A stretch of 27,270 bases of DNA from a virus (taxonomy: Duplodnaviria; Caudoviricetes): positions 1 through 27,270 of the IMG/VR virus record IMGVR_UViG_3300010359_000066; one strand, written 5' to 3'. A program made the position numbers and the translations under genes. Each line of letters opens with the position of its first letter. Position 1 is the first letter of the stretch. Below, piece after piece: positions 9,501 through 17,071 of this stretch. The notes beneath the pieces are model-generated. The model worked only from the letters and a program-made list of their open reading frames with translations. It ran no database searches and was not told where the DNA came from.

Positions 9501-11284
9501 GCACCCTGCGCTACGCCAGCATGCTCTCCGGCCTGGCGACGCACGAGGCGCAGCTTCTCGGCAACACGGTGATGGGTGGCCTCGCCATGGGTGCCCACCC
9601 GCTCGCCGTCGGTGCCGACATCGCCAGGTACGGCGTCGGCCGCGCCCTGGGCCAGGACGTGGAGCGCCAGCGCTACATGTCCGAACTGCCGGCGATGATG
9701 CGCGGCATGAAGGGCGGCTGGCACTCGGGCCGCGAGGACGCGCTGTCGATCCTCAAGACCGGCATCAACCCCGCCGAGGCGTCGCGGAACTGGGAGGCCC
9801 TGGGCAGCCCTGGCTTCGCGATCGAGCAGACTGCCCTGGGCAAGGCGCTCGGAGATACGGGCAGCAAGGCTGTGAACGCTGCCGTTGAGGGTCCGCTCCG
9901 CGCCCTGGGCGCAGGCGATGCCCTGATCCGAGGCACGATGCGCGGCGCGTTCGCCTACCAGCTTGCCGAGCGCCAGGCGATCCGCGAAGGCTTCGCCGCA
10001 GGCTCCAGGCGCAACGATCGCGTAGAGGAGATCGTGCGCAACCTGCACGAGTTCCCCGAGCTTGTCCAGCAGGCCGACAACATGGCCAAGCGGGTGGTGC
10101 TGCAAGAGGGACGTGGCGAGATCTCGCCGCTGGCGCAGATCCGCAGCAAAGGCATCGCTGGCAACGCCTTCTCTCTGATCGCGCCGTTTGTGCGGACCCC
10201 GTACAACATCGCCGCCCAGGGCGCCGGCTTGACGCCACTCGGCTATGCGGGTGCGCTGACTGCCCTGGCGAAGGGCGACACGGGTGAGTTCGCCGATCGC
10301 GCCGCCAGGGCCACACTCGGCACAGGCATCCTGGGCGGCGCGTACGCCCTGGCCAAGAACGACCACCTGACGGGGGCGATGCCGACCGATCCGAGCGAGC
10401 GCTCCACACTGCCGCCCGGCTGGCAGCCGTACGCCCTCAAGCTGAACCTGCCCGGCCAGGATCAGCCAACGTACGTCAAGTACTCGAACCTGGCTGGTCC
10501 GATCGGGGTGCCGCTGGCGCTGGCGTCGGCGATGGTGGACGCCGAGAGGGACAACCGCTACGTGGAGCCAGGCAACGTCGTGCAGCGCATGTCGAACTAC
10601 ACCGGGCGGATGGCCGGCAGCTTCGGCAAGTACATGCTCGATCAGACGATGATGCAGGGCCTGGGCGCGGTGTATGACGCCGTCAACGAACCCGAGCGGA
10701 AGGGCGAGAACTTCCTCGAGTCGATGGCTGGTCAGTTCGCCCCGTACGCGGCGATGACCCGCTCACTCGATCGCGCCCTGGGCACCGGTCCTCGCGACCC
10801 GCACGGCATCCTTGACGCCCTGGAAGCGGCGTACCCAGGCCTGAGCGGCCTGGTGCAGCCCCGTCGCGACGCCCTCGGCCGCGAGGTGCGCGAGACGCAG
10901 ACCGGCCTGCCAGCGATCATCTCGCCGGCGCGGTACGGCATCGAGCAGGACGACCCGACCCTCCGCGCCCTGGCGGCGGCGGACCAGGGCATCGGCGCCG
11001 CGCCGACGTCGATGCGCGGTTTCGACCTGACGCCCGAGGAGCGGCAACGGGTCTTCCCCGCCCAGGCCGGCTACTACATCCAGCAGGCGGTGCAGGACAT
11101 GGCCTCGCGCCCTGACTACCAGGCCAGGGACCGCGATACGCAGCAGACAATCATGGCACGGGTGATTGAGCAGGCTCGTGCCCAGGCGTTCGCCGACCTG
11201 TACAACTCGTGGTCACCCGAGGAACGCCTGCGGCGCCAGGAGATGAACCGTCAACGCACCGCCGCCGAGGCGCGGCCCTACTAG
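3572..11284 (+). CDS. 2570-aa polyvalent internal virion/ejection protein: SLT lytic transglycosylase (~4145-4490), C39-like Cys peptidase (~4590-5040), HhH-GPD glycosylase-like domain (~6200-6830), coiled coil, conserved C-terminal region
   Basis: SLT motifs QQESGFNP, GIAQFMP, AAYNAG, ETQRYV; peptidase motifs SQF...ACGPAA...GHYF; APKTSSF..ITSDVH..QSALW; C-terminal PFVRTPYNI / GWQPY / RRDALG motifs as seen in large podovirus internal proteins. Confidence 0.8.
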   Translation: MTMLPDIDQTSWDEYEKQELQRQLEQKQQGFTLQSMIGEKVAGLQSLVGGGAGAEQQAVAPPPPPAPEPAPEPSVSQAPPEPAPAPPPPPPPPAPPAPVNNQQDWMAQAISAVGRAGGDVQQFASNLGSGTGDMVAGAISAAGKAGADVQQFAANLPTLPAPPPPPPTPRVPTPSPPPVALQSDGAAGGGSLQDYARQAAQRVGIDPDIFTRQIQQESGFNPNAKSPAGATGIAQFMPGTAQGMGIDPSDPYAALDAAAKLDRQNLEKYGDYRSALAAYNAGGGNVDKYGGVPPFEETQRYVQNILGGAGGAIGSAASAAGGAIGGAVSGAVSAGRQAVTDISQFGDKQLNNDEAYAACGPAAAVRFASMYGRNPSLREAVDLAKQVGWTAANGMAGLASEKNLMDKLGVATKMVSGGNWDLFAKEAQSGNPVTISTPGHYFFADGYDPQSGAFHVGRSGSDLRQGSEWMTPAQMTAVMGPVQGGLLADNPQVPQPSIADQDTNPLGYLGRLKDSITSGIGGAASGVGSFIGSNVGQTASDLGLGARGIADALGGMAKTQGDQFASDADAVRRLNDTIMATPPGQPLETALRGIEGRLRDLNLPTTPTDLWTRAEEPTGAVAEGPGLAALGRGFSALGTGVKALTDVTQEISPGTALGRMQAGEEALLWSDPSARAVMLANGMSPDMSMGESARAQISMSPTDRAILGQARADIRAQGPEAVSSAAFGEGTRREEYENQYNTLLGLASMGIAPEGLASGAGRFAASLAVDPGSAPFAALGAIPDALRIVRGAAPQAGEAARLVERGANYLPGTPEFNFEQAAQASRDAAADGLTHLDLHNMPGSPFTLTGGKGTLKTNPGGAPTQDALRELLDANLHNKDFYVDQADDAERLVGDNKAEWFSLNAINSPLTKVERQLEESINAMGLVREEAAKARAAGQDEQQAILNAVRDKDRLSLASTTAPNKRADIEESYLTGRSEVTGAPKTSSFAGNYTSAGERVFDPRITSDVHNWRLFNVSDDTKRVVRKGKEIIERPWEKNAANNDTAYRFVEASLNDLAREKGLEGHQVQSALWSGMRGLQSDPEAYALWKAGKFSDAVRMGRERSLFNLPGAGEIEVAMQAPGVQKALARYGHLLKDPPPLQGFGMTREYPGFGAGKPKARPARPSGAAFRTAERAVAEAGAPVVQGLSGDVVRALGTTPEGIIPWLGAAHRVEEVAPGQFAIHLPSGNSQTARYVASLIGDATGADSVPIHIPNFRAPDIGGFSVVADPEAIAAFRTELDAQGVPYLRGTTGASVQIPLKAGLDGTEEGIVQAAQRAGLPLESLNHYAGATVNAVSGEYTSTLGELGPTFGPATAERSDLQQRAISRLRELGAGRPGSYAGDTSRIAAPDLSGGAVSGADLGGNLASVIARGAGEGLRSDLARGAITGGISGGYAAAQQPGASPEDIALGALTGASAGAVRGGLTSAIPSLDTARLGHLANIIGRDGRQLTNEDGKLLGKPTPLDEKLWIPGRPEPGADLAKLVSPAGNLLSTVGTGTTEAGTEATGIARTLLGAEPWTYTPPEDVTKSLPNLMHMANGMPDVQASLARTSEESKALMQKYRQGTITHDDLIQMAAESVGMTADDFRKTEVGKAFRPEELLALRGAVAKSTDDWLRTAREIQQQGGVEKLSPEQKVNAMRQMLDAAQLQAVGVGGASTAARTLNQQRINVTRMLMEQLTKGTELKSATAALTEARAREAWASAKLGIKPRQGLEARVGPSPAGDAIRGQAKTAAEAYQARLDAARADLRAQGRYDEKNWNARLAELEDKANISRDAGMKQAVQAERARVNGSYDNYIDAVKAELQAQDNFDQKTWDATLAKLDKQHQSMQERGSMWNRRDVTTPEGQTAWLQGMANNAREDAKAENNRAIAAWNRQLRDAETQRNIANRILGRLGGEKVTDEMLKGMIEAMGSGDTMQMAKYLQGLKKVGWWDRIGTLRYASMLSGLATHEAQLLGNTVMGGLAMGAHPLAVGADIARYGVGRALGQDVERQRYMSELPAMMRGMKGGWHSGREDALSILKTGINPAEASRNWEALGSPGFAIEQTALGKALGDTGSKAVNAAVEGPLRALGAGDALIRGTMRGAFAYQLAERQAIREGFAAGSRRNDRVEEIVRNLHEFPELVQQADNMAKRVVLQEGRGEISPLAQIRSKGIAGNAFSLIAPFVRTPYNIAAQGAGLTPLGYAGALTALAKGDTGEFADRAARATLGTGILGGAYALAKNDHLTGAMPTDPSERSTLPPGWQPYALKLNLPGQDQPTYVKYSNLAGPIGVPLALASAMVDAERDNRYVEPGNVVQRMSNYTGRMAGSFGKYMLDQTMMQGLGAVYDAVNEPERKGENFLESMAGQFAPYAAMTRSLDRALGTGPRDPHGILDALEAAYPGLSGLVQPRRDALGREVRETQTGLPAIISPARYGIEQDDPTLRALAAADQGIGAAPTSMRGFDLTPEERQRVFPAQAGYYIQQAVQDMASRPDYQARDRDTQQTIMARVIEQARAQAFADLYNSWSPEERLRRQEMNRQRTAAEARPY
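3893..4040 (+). repeat. Internal protein duplication AISAVGRAGGDVQQFASNL / AISAAGKAGADVQQFAANL
   Basis: Two near-identical 19-aa units in the N-terminus of the giant protein. Confidence 0.8.
4023..4037. promoter_or_regulatory. Perfect palindrome AATTCGC-A-GCGAATT, operator-like, inside CDS
   Basis: 7-bp perfect inverted repeat built from rare codons (CAA TTC GCA GCG AAT TTA), whereas the sister protein repeat uses common codons. Confidence 0.4.
7572..7826 (+). CDS. Overprinted +1-frame gene (84 aa) inside the giant protein gene
   Basis: GGGAG RBS at 7558-7562, 9 nt before ATG. Host-frame A/T-ending codons rise to about 35/85 here versus 5/60 at 8342-8521 (hand counts). TATAGT -10-like hexamer at 7501-7506. 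Confidence 0.6.
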   Translation: MPYPESTRQRLASLGLPLDPLPPSDPIYSNGLLVGFGNSAPADQAATPETPAASPLPTYQAGQYQVPTSEGTSPPSSLEEQAKA

Positions 11285-11293
11285 GAGGATCCC

Positions 11294-13054
11294 ATGGGAC
11301 AACCAACGCCTCCGCTCCCGACCGGTGGCGGCGCCGCTCGAGCGACGCAGGTGCCGAACCTGCCGAACATGCAGATGGATCCGACCACCCAGGCCAACAT
11401 CCTGGCGCAGATCCAGCGCTCCGGGTGGAACGCGTCGCAGCCCACGCCTGAGATCCAGTTCACCCAGGATCCGGGCGGCAACCCGACGCCCGTCGTCAAG
11501 GGCTGGTCGATGGTGATCACCGACCCGAAGACGGGCACCAACGAGAAGGTCGGTCTGAGCTACTCGCCTGGTGGGCGGATGCCGTGGGGCATCACCGACG
11601 CTCCGAAGTCACTGCCGACGGATCCCGCCGTCGCCGGCAGGACCACGGTCAAGACCAACCAGGGTGTGTACTCGTACGACCCGAAGACGCAGACCACCAC
11701 GTACCTGATGCCGTCCGACATCCCGAACGCCGACGAGGAGATCTCGAAGGCGGTGGAGCGGCAGGACCGCGAGGCGCTGCGCAACGAGAAGGAAGCCAAC
11801 TACCAGGCGGGGCGCGGCTACCAGACCGACGCCGACTACCACAAGATGGCGGACGACGCCGCCAGGACCGGTATCAGTGCAGGCCAACTGGCAGAGAACA
11901 TCCGCCAGTTCAACGCCGACCAGGCCGAGAAGATCCGCCAGTTCGACATCAAGCAGGCCGCTCAGGACAAGAAAGACGCCCAGGACATCCTCCAGTCCAA
12001 GGCGACCGTCGGCCAGATCAACGCGCAGACCGGCCAGATCACCACCAGCACCAGCAAGACGCAGCAGGAGATCGAGCAGTCCGCCGAACTGTTCCCCCTG
12101 ACGAAGGAGCAGACGCAGGCCACCACGGCTGGCATCAAGGCGCGAACTGCTGCCGAGGAGCAGGCGCAGAAGATCGCCGCCGCGCCCACGCTCCAGGGTG
12201 GCCTGACCACTCCATACCTGACCACGGTCAACCCGCTCACTGGCCAGGTTGACCAGAGCCAGATGAACAAGGCCTACCTGCCCAAGACCCAGGGCGAGAT
12301 CGCCGCCAGGGTCGGGCAGATCCAGTCCCTGGCGCAGGCCAAAGGGCAGGAGATCCAGGCCAAGGTCGGCCAGAACGGCTACACCGCCGACCAGGCGCTG
12401 GCGGACTACAACAAGTGGTGGGACCAGAACGTCGCGCCGCAGACCCAGGCACTCCAGTCCGCCCAGGAGGAGAACGCCTTTACTCGAGCCAAGGACGCGG
12501 CGCAGGCGCGGCAACAGGGTTACCAGACCGCCCTGGGCGCAGGCACCCAGGCGATCAATGCCTTCAACGCCGAGGCAGCCAACCGGGTCGGGCCGAACTA
12601 CGAGAACGTCATCAATCAGATCCGCTCGGGCAAGGACATCAAGAACATCGACATGACCGGCGCCTTCACCTACAAGGGGCCGTCCGTGCAGGACACCGCC
12701 AACCAGGCGGTGCAGAACTCACTCAAGACGATGGGCGCCGACGCCCTGCCGCAGTTCCAGGGCGTGGACATTCCAGGCCTGCTGAACCGCACCCAGTACA
12801 TGCCAGGCGCGATGCCGCCGCAGGGGCCGCCAGGGCAGCCGATGCCCTCCCAGGGACCGCCACCAGGGCCGCCGCAGCCGATGCCCTCCCAGGGACCACC
12901 ACCACCACCCATGGTCTCGAGCGGCACCCAGGGGCCTGGCAATCCCTGGGCGAATGGCACACCACCGCCAGGCACGACCTGGCAGAACGCCAACCTGCCG
13001 AACCCCTTCGACTATTTGAAATACCAACTGACTGACCGTTACGGCGGCGCCTGA
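11294..13054 (+). CDS. Q/A/T-rich coiled-coil protein with Pro-rich C-terminus, probable ejection protein
   Basis: Strong AGGAGG RBS, long helical Q/A-rich middle, high GC3, position in the ejection cluster. Confidence 0.6.
   Translation: MGQPTPPLPTGGGAARATQVPNLPNMQMDPTTQANILAQIQRSGWNASQPTPEIQFTQDPGGNPTPVVKGWSMVITDPKTGTNEKVGLSYSPGGRMPWGITDAPKSLPTDPAVAGRTTVKTNQGVYSYDPKTQTTTYLMPSDIPNADEEISKAVERQDREALRNEKEANYQAGRGYQTDADYHKMADDAARTGISAGQLAENIRQFNADQAEKIRQFDIKQAAQDKKDAQDILQSKATVGQINAQTGQITTSTSKTQQEIEQSAELFPLTKEQTQATTAGIKARTAAEEQAQKIAAAPTLQGGLTTPYLTTVNPLTGQVDQSQMNKAYLPKTQGEIAARVGQIQSLAQAKGQEIQAKVGQNGYTADQALADYNKWWDQNVAPQTQALQSAQEENAFTRAKDAAQARQQGYQTALGAGTQAINAFNAEAANRVGPNYENVINQIRSGKDIKNIDMTGAFTYKGPSVQDTANQAVQNSLKTMGADALPQFQGVDIPGLLNRTQYMPGAMPPQGPPGQPMPSQGPPPGPPQPMPSQGPPPPPMVSSGTQGPGNPWANGTPPPGTTWQNANLPNPFDYLKYQLTDRYGGA
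12835..12897 (+). repeat. 24-nt direct repeat GCAGCCGATGCCCTCCCAGGGACC x2 (period 39), encoding QPMPSQGP
   Basis: Exact copies at 12835-12858 and 12874-12897. Confidence 0.9.
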
Positions 13055-13065
13055 GAGGTAGTACG

Positions 13066-13818
13066 ATGCAGCCCGAACAACCAAGCACCCCTTCAGCGGA
13101 CGCTCAGGCGCCCGATGCAGCGGCCCAGGACCAGACTTCTGGCCAGCCCGAGGAGGGGTCTTCCGAATCGCCCAGTTGGTGGCAGCGACTGTTCAACCGC
13201 CGACCGGCAGGGGAGACCGAATCCGAAGGCGGGGAGTCCGGACAACCAGGCGGCGCGTCGTCAAAGCTGAGCCTGACCCAGGAGGAGTTAGACCGACGAG
13301 TCCAGGCCGAGACTGACCGTCGAGAGTCACGCCGCGCCGCGCAAGCGCAGGCCAACGAACGCAGGCGACTGCGGGACGAGGATCCCTGGGCGTACGCGGA
13401 GCAGGATCGCCAGCAAGAGCAGACCGCGATCGGCAATGCCAACGTGGAGCAGTTCTTCGCGAGGATCGGATCCGAACACGATCGGGCGTCAATCGACCCC
13501 GTCATGGAGCAACTGCCCAGGGCAGAACTCCAGCGGATCATGGGACTTGAGGGTGCAGGCGCAGGACTCGAAGGCCGCAAGCTGGTTGTCAAGGAAGCCA
13601 TGAAGGCACTCGAGAAGCACTGGAAGGCCGAAGGCGCCAAGGACGCCGAGCGGCGGCTTCGATCAAACCCCGCGTTCCGCAAGCAGGTACTCGCGGAGAT
13701 GCGCGGCCAGGTGGTCGAACCCGAACTGCTCCCCGCGTTCAGTGGCAGTTCGGCAGACGAGAAGGTCTCGGACATTCTCCGGGCCTCCATCGGCATGAGA
13801 CACAACAACCTGGGCTGA
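13066..13818 (+). CDS. Capsid scaffolding protein
   Basis: Acidic disordered N-terminus, LTQEELDRRVQAE helix, charged coiled coil, immediately upstream of the major capsid gene; GAGGT RBS. Confidence 0.75.
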   Translation: MQPEQPSTPSADAQAPDAAAQDQTSGQPEEGSSESPSWWQRLFNRRPAGETESEGGESGQPGGASSKLSLTQEELDRRVQAETDRRESRRAAQAQANERRRLRDEDPWAYAEQDRQQEQTAIGNANVEQFFARIGSEHDRASIDPVMEQLPRAELQRIMGLEGAGAGLEGRKLVVKEAMKALEKHWKAEGAKDAERRLRSNPAFRKQVLAEMRGQVVEPELLPAFSGSSADEKVSDILRASIGMRHNNLG

Positions 13819-13863
13819 GCGACGTTGAGCTAATCGCGCACCTCGGCCCTGAGGGAGCTAGAG

Positions 13864-14871
13864 GTGCCGTACAACTCGATCGCCACCCGCGCCACACCTG
13901 GCAGCGGTCCGCTTATCCCCGAGGACGTTCAGCGGGACATCGTCCAGTCCATCGAACAGAAGAGCGCGGCACTCCAACTCATGCCGCACGTCCGGATGAA
14001 GAGGGCGCAGCAGCGCATCCCGGTGATGTCGCAGCTACCCGTGGCGTACTGGATCACCGGCGCCTCCCTGGACGCTCGAGACATCGGCATGAAGCAGACG
14101 ACCACCCTCGCCTGGGACAACGTCTACCTCAACGCCGAAGAGATGGCCGTGATCGTGCCGATCGCCAAGAACCTGCTTGACGACATGGACTACGACTTTT
14201 GGGCACAGGTGAAGCCCAAGGTCACCGAGGCCTTCGGCGTCGCCCTGGACGAGGCGATCTTCTTTGGCGTGAACGCGCCAACCACCTTCCCGCCGGCGAT
14301 CGTCACGGGCGCCAACAGCGCTGGCAACCTCGTGGTCGCTGGTACCTCCACGGTGGACTACGTCGATGACGTCAACAATGCGATGGGGCTGGTTGAGGCG
14401 GACGGTTTCGACGTCACCGGCTTTTGGGCACGGCGCCAGGTCAAGGCCAAGCTGCGCGGCTTGCGCGACACCACCAAGGGGCTGCTGTTCAACCCGGACG
14501 CGCCGCTCAGCGCGTCGATCAACACCGGCTCGCTCTACGGTGAGACGATCGTGTTTTCGAACGCTGGTCTGTCAGGCTTCGCCACGGGCGCCGCGTTCTA
14601 CTCCATGATCATGGGCCAGTGGGACCAGTCGATGCTGGCAGTCCGCGACGACATCTCGATGGAGATGTTCGACACGGGCGTCATCACCGACAACGGCTCG
14701 CCCCCGGTGATCCAATACAACCTGATGCAACAGGACATGGTCGCGTTGCGTGTGACGGCGCGGTTCGCCTGGGCGATCCCCAACCCGATCAACCGCCAAC
14801 AGCAGACCAAAGCTTCGCGGTACCCGTTTGCGGTCGTGCAGCAGAAGGCCAGCACCGGCGGCGAGGGTTAG
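13864..14871 (+). CDS. Major capsid protein (HK97 fold)
   Basis: 335 aa; motifs LIPEDVQRDI, AYWI.G, EEMAVIVPI, FGVALDEAIFFG, GQWDQ, NLMQQDMVALRVTARFAW typical of phage capsid family proteins; GAGGGAG RBS before GTG. Confidence 0.92.
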   Translation: MPYNSIATRATPGSGPLIPEDVQRDIVQSIEQKSAALQLMPHVRMKRAQQRIPVMSQLPVAYWITGASLDARDIGMKQTTTLAWDNVYLNAEEMAVIVPIAKNLLDDMDYDFWAQVKPKVTEAFGVALDEAIFFGVNAPTTFPPAIVTGANSAGNLVVAGTSTVDYVDDVNNAMGLVEADGFDVTGFWARRQVKAKLRGLRDTTKGLLFNPDAPLSASINTGSLYGETIVFSNAGLSGFATGAAFYSMIMGQWDQSMLAVRDDISMEMFDTGVITDNGSPPVIQYNLMQQDMVALRVTARFAWAIPNPINRQQQTKASRYPFAVVQQKASTGGEG

Positions 14872-14874
14872 ACC

Positions 14875-15042
14875 ATGCCGGGTGGGCGCCCCTACAAGAA
14901 GCCCGTCTCGAAAGCACAGATGCGATTCTTCGGGGCCGCAGCCGGGGGCCAGGTTCCCGGCTTCGACCCCACCGAGGCGCAGAACAAGCTGCGCGGCGTC
15001 AAGGAGTCGAAGCTGCCCGAGCGGAAAAAGAAGAGGAAGTAA
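14875..15042 (+). CDS. Small basic protein (55 aa, MPGGRPYKKPVSKAQMRFF...LPERKKKRK), absent from the ORF track
   Basis: Fills the gap after the capsid gene; TAATG coupling with the next gene; SKAQ.R and LPE.K pattern of small basic phage head-region proteins. Confidence 0.7.
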   Translation: MPGGRPYKKPVSKAQMRFFGAAAGGQVPGFDPTEAQNKLRGVKESKLPERKKKRK

Positions 15043-15290
15043 TGGTCAAGATCCACACGCTTGTCCCGCTCACCCATCCGACCACGGGTGAGCAGTTCGC
15101 GGCGGGTACCGAGGTGGACGTCGCCCAGGAGGTCGCCGCCGACTGGAAGGCCGACGGCAAGATCGCGTACGCCGCCGACGTCGATGCCGCCGTCAAGGCC
15201 GCCAGCGAAGGCAACTTCTCGGCCAGGACTGGTCGCGAGGAGATCGCGAGCACCAAGTCGGACGAGCCGGCGCCGAAGAGGAAGACCTGA
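15042..15290 (+). CDS. Small capsid accessory protein 1 (82 aa)
   Basis: GAGG RBS, TAATG overlap, motif F.AG..VDV....A..W...GK. Confidence 0.7.
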   Translation: MVKIHTLVPLTHPTTGEQFAAGTEVDVAQEVAADWKADGKIAYAADVDAAVKAASEGNFSARTGREEIASTKSDEPAPKRKT

Positions 15291-15484
15291 TGCCACGCCT
15301 GCGTTTCCTGGCGCCGTCGGTCGATCCACGCCCCGATCATCCAGCCACCACGTACGGCCCAGGGCACGAGACGGACTACGTGGCCGAGGACTACGAGTAC
15401 ATCAAGTCGCTGCTACTGGAAGGCAAGGCCGAGCTTCTCGACGGACCGCCGCCGCCAGCGCTCTTCGCGGCACCTGCGCCATGA
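15290..15484 (+). CDS. Small capsid accessory protein 2 (64 aa)
   Basis: TGATG coupling; motif YGPGHETD...IKSLLLEGKA. Confidence 0.7.
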   Translation: MPRLRFLAPSVDPRPDHPATTYGPGHETDYVAEDYEYIKSLLLEGKAELLDGPPPPALFAAPAP

Positions 15485-15894
15485 GCAGCGTTGTCTTCAA
15501 TGCGGACGCCGTGGACTCGGTGACACCCACCACCGTGTACGGCAAGGGGCACTCGGGCAACATCGCCGACGAGGCGTTCGTCGCCAGCCTGATTGCCAGC
15601 GGCAAGGCCTCGTACCAGGGCGCCACGCCACGTGGCATCTACGTGGCGCCGATCGGCACCACCACCGCCACGGTCAACTTTGTCGTGGACCAGCCATGCA
15701 CGGCGATGGCAGTGAAGTACGGCACGACCACGGCGATCGGTAGCAGCCAGGCCGCGACGCCAGCCTCTGGTCAGGGCGCCGTCACTGCTGCCCTGACCGG
15801 CCTGACCACCGGGACGCTCTACTACTACGCCGTCACGGTGACCTATGGCAGCTTCGTGACGCAGTCACCGACCTACACCTTCAGGACGGCATGA
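15481..15894 (+). CDS. Capsid decoration-like protein with C-terminal fibronectin type III domain (137 aa)
   Basis: ATGA coupling; N-terminal YGKGH...VASLIASGKA; FN3 signature TTTATVNF...VKYGTT...LTGLTTGTLYYYAV...TFRT. Confidence 0.75.
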   Translation: MSSVVFNADAVDSVTPTTVYGKGHSGNIADEAFVASLIASGKASYQGATPRGIYVAPIGTTTATVNFVVDQPCTAMAVKYGTTTAIGSSQAATPASGQGAVTAALTGLTTGTLYYYAVTVTYGSFVTQSPTYTFRTA

Positions 15895-16787
15895 TCACGC
15901 TCGCGCAGCTTGAGCAAGAGGTGGCCCGGCGGACGGGGCCGTTCTTCCAGGCTGGCCAGGATCCGAGTACGCCGACCACGTCCACCACGGCGGCGGCGTA
16001 CATGCCCACACTCAAGAGCAACGCCCTCCTGGGTGGGCCTGAGAACCTCTGGCTGCTGCGGCGTGGGGTGCTTGTCGGAGGTGCCACCACGCCGCAGCCC
16101 ATCACCTCAGCGGATCGAATCCGCATGGTGCAGACGTTTGACGCCTCAGCGGGGCGCGTCGTGGTGGACCGCAACTGGCGCGACCCGATGTACCCCAATG
16201 AACTCGCCGACTTCACCCACCTGCACCCCGAGCAGGAGCTTCGAGTGGCAGTGCTCGCCGGGCTGCGCCGCTGCTTCCTTGAGGACATGATCGCGGCGGT
16301 AATTACCAGCGCCTATGGCGACATCGACCTGACGTACCAGGCACCGTGGATCACCAACCCGACCCAGGTGACCAGGGCGCAGTATGGCTGGACAAAGCCC
16401 TGGGCGGACGCGCCATTCGAGGCGACCATGCAGTCGGGCCACGTCATGCTGCGCGGCACCAGCGGCTCGTACGCTCCGGCCAACATATGGGTGACCGCTA
16501 TGCGCCCCGCGTGGTCGTGGGTCAACGGCGCCGACTCCACCGCTGGGCCGAGCGCCGACACCGACGTGCTCAACGTCGATCTCGACTACGCCGCCGCCGC
16601 CGGCCACATCGAGGCCTGGCATCTGTTCCCGTCGCATATGTTTGCCGCAGCCGCAGGCAACCTCCAGGCGACGCAGGAGACGGCGGCGCGAGAGTTCACC
16701 CGTCAGTCGCTCATTTGGGGGCCTGAGCCGGCGCGGCGTGTCGGGTTCCCCAGTGTGGTCGGCTCACATTCCACGGTGGTGCTATGA
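15891..16787 (+). CDS. Head-tail adaptor / tail tubular protein A-like
   Basis: N-terminal TLAQLEQEVARR helix and C-terminal helical pair typical of adaptors; position after the head genes. Confidence 0.5.
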   Translation: MITLAQLEQEVARRTGPFFQAGQDPSTPTTSTTAAAYMPTLKSNALLGGPENLWLLRRGVLVGGATTPQPITSADRIRMVQTFDASAGRVVVDRNWRDPMYPNELADFTHLHPEQELRVAVLAGLRRCFLEDMIAAVITSAYGDIDLTYQAPWITNPTQVTRAQYGWTKPWADAPFEATMQSGHVMLRGTSGSYAPANIWVTAMRPAWSWVNGADSTAGPSADTDVLNVDLDYAAAAGHIEAWHLFPSHMFAAAAGNLQATQETAAREFTRQSLIWGPEPARRVGFPSVVGSHSTVVL

Positions 16788-17071
16788 CGATTCCTATCGA
16801 GCAACCCTCGCCCCCCGAGACCGTCGGTGGTCAGCCGCACAACGCTGCCGAGGTGAACGGCCTGGTCGGCTTACATCTGCGGGAGTTCCTGCGCATCAAG
16901 GCCGTCATCAATCAGGATCAGGATTGGTTCCTACCGACCGACCTCAAGGTCGCACCGTACTACTTCACCACTGAGCAGGAGACGCTCATCAAGTCCGCGT
17001 TTAGCTCGCTCGATACGGCGCTCGATGCGCTCGACATGACCTTCATCAACCGGCTGGTGGGCATGGGGTGA
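16784..17071 (+). CDS. Hypothetical virion-associated protein (95 aa)
   Basis: ATGA/GTGA coupling on both sides; protein-like helical composition. Confidence 0.65.
   Translation: MTIPIEQPSPPETVGGQPHNAAEVNGLVGLHLREFLRIKAVINQDQDWFLPTDLKVAPYYFTTEQETLIKSAFSSLDTALDALDMTFINRLVGMG

Noticed and set aside
2654-12514. Long antisense and alternative ORFs (e.g. 2654-4024, 4094-6319, 7763-9172, 9323-10366, 11609-12514)
   Set aside because: Expected shadows of high-GC3 genes; R/G/L/V-biased, with no host-frame codon disturbance over most of their length
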